NCBI GenBank assembly: GCA_964476595.1
Contig: CAYZCL010000053.1
Coordinates: forward strand, 40,690-104,689
Reading direction: 5' to 3'
Source: an uncultured Desulfobacteraceae bacterium
GTDB lineage: Bacteria; Desulfobacterota; Desulfobacteria; Desulfobacterales; JALSRD01
DNA: 64,000 nucleotides
The position numbers were made by a program, and so were the translations under genes. This document shows positions 58,137-64,000 of this stretch, one piece after another. Under the pieces are notes generated by a model. That model had not been told where the DNA came from. It made no database searches and saw only the letters and a list, made by a program, of their open reading frames with translations. Numbering within the stretch: the stretch's first letter is position 1; each line of letters begins with the position of its first letter.

Positions 58137-58727
58137 TCAGTCCTTGTCGGAAGTGCCGCTTTCGCCGGCCGCCGCCCGGCTTTCCAGGTCACGGATGCGG
58201 CGCTCCAGCTGATTGAGGCGCATGTCCAGGGCGTCGGCGCGTTCCCGCGAGGCGATTTTCATCTTTTCCATGACGTCGTTGATGCGCTGGTCGATTTTCT
58301 CCGAAGCCCACTCCTTGAACATTCCGGCGTAGGACTGGATTTCCTGTTTCAGCTTGCGCCCCTCCTCCTCGGACATCTCCACGCCGCCGGACAGCAGGCC
58401 GGCGATCTTGTCCAGTTCGTCCTCGGCCAGGTGCAGGGCGCTGTGGCCGAAGGTGAAGGACTTGCGGGCCACCTCGGCCAGGGTGCCGCCGCCGCGGCGC
58501 AGCAGTTCCGAGAGGGTTCCGGCGGACAGGCCGTTGCCCCGCTGACCGCTCTGGCGGGCCAGCAGCTGGGACAGCACCGACACGGTGATATCTTCCCCGC
58601 TGGTGTTATCGATGACCTCGATCTCCTCGCCGGAACGGATCAGTTCGGCCAGGCCGTCCATGGAGATGTACTGTTTGGCTTCGGTGTCGTAAAGCTTGCG
58701 GTTGGCGTATTTCTTGATGGTGCGCAT
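58137..58727 (-). CDS. PhaR-type polyhydroxyalkanoate synthesis regulator with phasin-like C-terminal coiled coil
   Basis: Start trimmed to ATG 58727 (GGAGGAGG RBS). MRTIKKYANRKLYDT...YISMDGLAELIRSGEEIEV matches the PHB_acc_N DNA-binding domain. Confidence 0.65.
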   Translation of the reverse strand: MRTIKKYANRKLYDTEAKQYISMDGLAELIRSGEEIEVIDNTSGEDITVSVLSQLLARQSGQRGNGLSAGTLSELLRRGGGTLAEVARKSFTFGHSALHLAEDELDKIAGLLSGGVEMSEEEGRKLKQEIQSYAGMFKEWASEKIDQRINDVMEKMKIASRERADALDMRLNQLERRIRDLESRAAAGESGTSDKD

Positions 58728-58867
58728 GGTTGTCCTCCTCCTGGATAATGCGTGTGGCTTGCAGTAGATGACGCGTTGCGTCAAAACCAATATGCGGCAT
58801 GCACACCCCTTTGTCAAGCGGTGCACGGTAATTTCCGGGATGGAAAGCGGTCGCGGAGCGCCGGTGA

Positions 58868-59575
58868 CTAGAGCCCCAGGTAGGCTTTCTTGACGTCTTC
58901 GTTGCTGAGCAGGCTGGCGGCGCTGTCGGACAGCGTGATGCGGCCGTTTTCCATGACGTAGCCGCGGTGGGCCACCTTGAGGGCCAGGTTGGCGTTCTGC
59001 TCCACCAGGAAGATGGTGGTGCCCTGCTCGCTGTTGACCTTGGTGATGATGTCGAAGATCTGCTTGACCACCAGGGGGGCCAGCCCCAGGGACGGCTCGT
59101 CCAGCAGCAGCAGGCGGGGTTTGGCCATCAGGGCGCGGGAGATGGCCAGCATCTGCTGCTCGCCGCCGCTGAGGGTGCCGCCGGACTGGTGACGGCGTTC
59201 GGCCAGGATGGGAAAAAGCTCGAAGATGTACTCCAGGTCGCGTTTGACGTTTTCCTTGTCGCTGCGCAGGAAAGCGCCCATGTCGAGGTTTTCCAGGACG
59301 GTCAGGTAGGGGAAGATGCGCCGCCCCTCGGGCACCTGGCTGATGCCCAGGGAGACGATGCGGTCGGGCTTCATGTTCTGGATGGGTTCCCCCATGAACA
59401 GGATCTCGCCGGAGCGCGGCGGCACGATGCCGCAGATGGACATCAGGGTGGTGGACTTGCCCGCCCCGTTGGCGCCGATGAGGGTGATGATCTCTCCCTC
59501 GGAGATGTCCATGCTGACGCCTTTGAGGGCCATGATGTTGCCGTAGAAGGTTCGGATATCTTTCAGTTTAAGCAT
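58868..59575 (-). CDS. livF: Branched-chain amino acid ABC transporter ATP-binding protein
   Basis: GANGAGKST, LSGGEQQM, LLLLDEPSLGLAP. Last gene of a five-gene Liv-type operon. Confidence 0.85.
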   Translation of the reverse strand: MLKLKDIRTFYGNIMALKGVSMDISEGEIITLIGANGAGKSTTLMSICGIVPPRSGEILFMGEPIQNMKPDRIVSLGISQVPEGRRIFPYLTVLENLDMGAFLRSDKENVKRDLEYIFELFPILAERRHQSGGTLSGGEQQMLAISRALMAKPRLLLLDEPSLGLAPLVVKQIFDIITKVNSEQGTTIFLVEQNANLALKVAHRGYVMENGRITLSDSAASLLSNEDVKKAYLGL

Positions 59576-60356
59576 CGATGTCCTCTCCCAGGTAGGCTTT
59601 GATGACCGCCGGGTTGTTCTTGATCTCCTCGGGCGTTCCCTGGGCGATCTTGCGGCCGTAGTCCATCACGAAGATGCGGTCCGACAGGCTCATGACCAGT
59701 TTCATGTCGTGCTCGATGAGCAGGATGGAGATATTCTCCTCGGAACGGATCCGCAGGATCAGCTCGTCGAGTTCCTTGGTCTCCTGGTTGTTCATGCCCG
59801 CCGCCGGTTCGTCCAGCAGCAGCAGGAAAGGTTCGGTGGCCATGGCGCGGGCGATCTCCAGCCGCCGCTGGGCGCCGTAAGGCAGGTTCTTGGCAAACTC
59901 GTTGACGAACTGCGCCAGGCCGATTTTTTTGAGGATGGCGTAACTGTCCTCCACCACGCGCTGCTCCTCCTCGCGGGTGGCGCGGTTTCGGAGGATGGCA
60001 CCCGGAATGCCGGCCCGCATGCGGCAGTGTCGGCCCATCATCACGTTTTCCAGCACGGTCATGTTCTGAAAGAGGCGGATGTTCTGGAAGGTGCGCGCCA
60101 TGCCCTTCTCGGTCACCTGGTTGGGCTTGAGGCCGTTGATGCGCTCGCGCTCCTTACCCGGCGGGGAGATAAACATGTCCCCCTCGGTGGGCTTGTAGAT
60201 GCCCGTGACGCAGTTGAAGAAGGTCGTCTTGCCGGCACCGTTGGGGCCGATGAGGGCCGCGATCTCACCGGCCTTGACGTCCAGGTCGATGTGGTCCAGG
60301 GCCCGCAGGCCGCCGAAATCCATGGTGAGCTGCTTGATGTCGAGTACGGATTCCAT
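59568..60356 (-). CDS. livG: Branched-chain amino acid ABC transporter ATP-binding protein
   Basis: GPNGAGKTT, LPYGAQRRLEIARA, LLLLDEPAAGMN. ATG 60356 is used; the ORF track begins at TTG 60365. Confidence 0.85.
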   Translation of the reverse strand: MESVLDIKQLTMDFGGLRALDHIDLDVKAGEIAALIGPNGAGKTTFFNCVTGIYKPTEGDMFISPPGKERERINGLKPNQVTEKGMARTFQNIRLFQNMTVLENVMMGRHCRMRAGIPGAILRNRATREEEQRVVEDSYAILKKIGLAQFVNEFAKNLPYGAQRRLEIARAMATEPFLLLLDEPAAGMNNQETKELDELILRIRSEENISILLIEHDMKLVMSLSDRIFVMDYGRKIAQGTPEEIKNNPAVIKAYLGEDIDA

Positions 60357-60374
60357 AGTCTCCAAGACCCCGCG

Positions 60375-61601
<1,227 letters not shown>

Positions 61602-61605
61602 GGGA

Positions 61606-62508
61606 TTATACCTTATCCGTGTTGGCGCGTCCCAGGATGCCCGAAGGCCGGAAAATCAGGATCAGCACCAGAAACAGAAACGCGAAGACATCCTCGTAGT
61701 CGCTGGAGATGTAGCCCGTGAAAAAACTCTCGGTCCAGCCCAGTACCAGGCTGCCGAGCACCGCGCCCGGCATGCTGCCGATGCCGCCCAGCACGGCCGC
61801 CACGAAGGCCTTGATGCCGGCGATGAAGCCGATGTAGAAGTTGATCTGGCCGATGTGCGAGGCGATTAGCACCCCGCCCAGGGCCGCCGTGGCCGACCCC
61901 ACGATGAAGGTAAACGAGATCACGCGGTCCACGTTGACGCCCACCAGCATGGCCATGTCGCGGTCCTGCGCCGTGGCCCGCATGGCTTTGCCCAGCTTGG
62001 TGAACTTGATCAGCACCGTCAGGATCACCAGCACGATGGCGGTGACCACGTAGATGACGATTTCCGTGGAGCGCACGATCCCCCCCAGGGGTTCCAGGAA
62101 TTTGAACTCGGGAATCAGGTTGGGAAAGGGCAGGAAATCGGAGGTCTGGGCAAGCAGCACGTAGTTTTGCAGGAACAGGGAAACACCGATGGCGCTGATC
62201 AGGGGGGACAGCCGGGGGGCGTTTCGCAGCGGCTTGTAAGCCACCTTTTCAGCGGTGAAGCCGTAGGCCGACGACCACACGATGGCCGCCAGCGTGGCGA
62301 TGGCCAGAATCGCCAGCTGGTTCCACCCCAGCATGGTCAGCACGCTGATGACGATCAGCGCGGTGAAGGCGCCGATCATGTAGATTTCACCGTGGGCGAA
62401 GTTGATCAGCTCGATGATGCCGTACACCATGGTGTAGCCCAGAGCGATCAGCGCGTAGATACTCCCCCGGGTGAGCCCTCCGAGAAACAGCTCCAGAAAA
62501 TAATCCAT
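61606..62508 (-). CDS. livH: Branched-chain amino acid ABC transporter permease
   Basis: 300 aa. LGGLTRGSIYALIALGYTMVYGI..INFAHGE is typical of LivH. Confidence 0.85.
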   Translation of the reverse strand: MDYFLELFLGGLTRGSIYALIALGYTMVYGIIELINFAHGEIYMIGAFTALIVISVLTMLGWNQLAILAIATLAAIVWSSAYGFTAEKVAYKPLRNAPRLSPLISAIGVSLFLQNYVLLAQTSDFLPFPNLIPEFKFLEPLGGIVRSTEIVIYVVTAIVLVILTVLIKFTKLGKAMRATAQDRDMAMLVGVNVDRVISFTFIVGSATAALGGVLIASHIGQINFYIGFIAGIKAFVAAVLGGIGSMPGAVLGSLVLGWTESFFTGYISSDYEDVFAFLFLVLILIFRPSGILGRANTDKV

Positions 62509-62586
62509 GTGACCTTGCCTCGCCGCCCCGTTGAAAACAGTCGGGGCAGGCCGAACGCCTGCCCCGTGTCGTCGTTTGCGTCAGTC

Positions 62587-63717
62587 TTACTTCACTTCCA
62601 CGTATTTGCCGTCCTTGACCTGGTACATGGCGAAGCCGACGCCGATGGCGTCGCCGCGCTTGTCAAACTTGATCTTGCCCAGCGGGGTGTCCACCAGGTT
62701 GGTGCGCAGCGCCTTCACGATGGCGTCGTAGTCGGTGGAGCCGGCCTTTTCGATGGCGTTGAGCAGCGCCAGGGCCGCGGCATAGGCGTTGTCATAGAAG
62801 GCGCCCGGATCGGATCCGTAGGCCTTCTTGTGTTCCTCGCGGGCCTTGATGGCCAGGGGGTTCTTGCTGACGTCCTTGGGACCCGTGGCGTAGACGCCCT
62901 CGGCGTACTTCTTGGCAACCTTGATGAAGGTGTCGTCCTTGACGCCGTCGTCGGAGATGAAATAGGTTTTCATCTTCTTCTTGCGCATCTGGGTGACGAT
63001 CTTGGAGGCTTCGGGATGGTAACCGCCGAAGATGACGGCCTCGGCGCCCTTGCGCTTGATCTTCTGCACGATGGCGGAGTAGTCCACGGCGCCGGGCGTG
63101 ATGCCTTCGAAGAGCACCACTTCAGCCTTGTCGGGGCCGGCTGCCTCGAGGAACTTCTTGGCGTATTCCGCCAGGCCCTTGCCGTAGTCGCCCTTGTCGT
63201 GCAGCACGGCGATCTTTTTGACTTTCAGGGTGTTTAGGGCGAAGTCGACTTCCAGCTTGGCCTGGGCGTCGTCGGAGGCGATGGTGCGGAAGAAGTTCGG
63301 GTAGTCGCCGCTCTGGGTCAAGGCCGGGTTGGTGGCCGAAGGCGACATGACCACGATCTTGGCTTCCTTGTAGATGCCCAGGGCGGCCTTGGTGGCGCCG
63401 CTGCAAATGTGGCCCAGCACCACGTTGACGCCTTCACCGACCAGCTTGGTGGCCGTGTTGGTGGCGACTTCCGGCTTGCAGACGTCGTCTTCCACCAACA
63501 GTTCCACCTTCTTGCCCAGCACGCCGCCCTTGGCGTTGATGTTCTTGACCACCAGTTCGGCCGCATGCACGGTGGGGATGCCGTAGGAGGCCAGGTCACC
63601 GCTGTGGGGTCCGGCGACTCCGAGTTTGATGGTGTCTCCCGCCAGGGCGGTCCCGCCGAAGAGCAGGAATACCCCGACCATGGCCGTCAGTGCGAGTACG
63701 CTGATTCGATGCTTCAT
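62587..63717 (-). CDS. livK: Branched-chain amino acid ABC transporter substrate-binding protein
   Basis: Start trimmed to ATG 63717 (GGAGGAGG RBS). Signal peptide. IKLGVAGPHSGDLASYG and the type-I periplasmic-binding fold pattern. Confidence 0.8.
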   Translation of the reverse strand: MKHRISVLALTAMVGVFLLFGGTALAGDTIKLGVAGPHSGDLASYGIPTVHAAELVVKNINAKGGVLGKKVELLVEDDVCKPEVATNTATKLVGEGVNVVLGHICSGATKAALGIYKEAKIVVMSPSATNPALTQSGDYPNFFRTIASDDAQAKLEVDFALNTLKVKKIAVLHDKGDYGKGLAEYAKKFLEAAGPDKAEVVLFEGITPGAVDYSAIVQKIKRKGAEAVIFGGYHPEASKIVTQMRKKKMKTYFISDDGVKDDTFIKVAKKYAEGVYATGPKDVSKNPLAIKAREEHKKAYGSDPGAFYDNAYAAALALLNAIEKAGSTDYDAIVKALRTNLVDTPLGKIKFDKRGDAIGVGFAMYQVKDGKYVEVK

Positions 63718-63801
63718 TTGCCTCCTCCTTCTGTCTGTATTGATTGCCAACAAGCGCGATTCAAGCCGATCCGCATGAGAAAGTCTTTCGTTCAAATTTC
63801 T

Positions 63802-63830
63802 ATTTTATATTTTCCACGAGACAGCGTCAA
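63802..63830 (-). promoter_or_regulatory. Candidate sigma-70 promoter of the liv operon (TTGACG-N17-TAAAAT on the minus strand)
   Basis: Plus-strand ATTTTA at 63802..63807 and CGTCAA at 63825..63830, separated by a 17-nt spacer. About 85 nt upstream of the ATG at 63717. Confidence 0.4.
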
Positions 63831-64000
63831 GGGAAAAGAAATTCCCCTCGGGACAATAAAGGCTTGCCGTTTGGGGCGATGTTTGCAATATTATTCGGCT
63901 ATCGAATGTTTCGAAGACAGCACCGGGCGACCGGTTCGAAGCGCCGCCGGGGGGTGGAGACGCCCCCCCGACGGGTCGCTCCCACAACCCTCAAGCGGGT

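Overview
This is a 64 kb, high-GC (roughly 65%) chromosomal window that is densely coding and shows no rRNA, tRNA, CRISPR array or recognisable mobile element. The gene content suggests an anaerobic Desulfobacterota-type organism, but that is inference only: NfnAB-type electron-bifurcating oxidoreductase, a glycyl-radical enzyme with its activase, two sigma-54 enhancer-binding-type regulators, an iron-sulfur flavoprotein, and LUD/LarA/GlcD lactate-type genes. All functions were assigned by eye from motifs in the supplied translations. No database search was run, and many starts were trimmed from the ORF track using ATG and RBS context. Left to right, the window contains:
- a thioesterase, an Fe-ADH, and an orphan glycyl-radical enzyme with activase under an apparent sigma-54 promoter, next to its cognate-looking activator
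- Isf, a LUD-domain protein and Lnt
- a degenerate enhancer-binding-like regulator
- prfB with its classic +1 frameshift
- a GlcD/LarA/PdxA/HD cluster
- NfnAB, TatD, a MoxR/VWA pair and TatA
- ssb-sbcB
- assorted housekeeping and membrane genes
- a small metal-handling island (ZIP, a Met-rich periplasmic protein, a SHOCT protein, CopZ) with unusual repeats
- a peptide ABC operon with an M20 peptidase, then a dodecin
- a tightly coupled six-gene operon built around two tandem dynamin-like GTPases
- a YbdL/YafV-type transaminase and omega-amidase pair, PhaR, and a Liv branched-chain amino-acid ABC operon

The most system-like unexplained unit is the twin-GTPase operon (47312..55783). Secondary points of interest are the orphan glycyl-radical locus, the LarA/PdxA/GlcD cluster, the degenerate sigma-54-type regulator, and a set of TGAAACC-related noncoding repeats. 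The many very long ORFs antisense to, or out of frame with, these genes are GC-driven artefacts.
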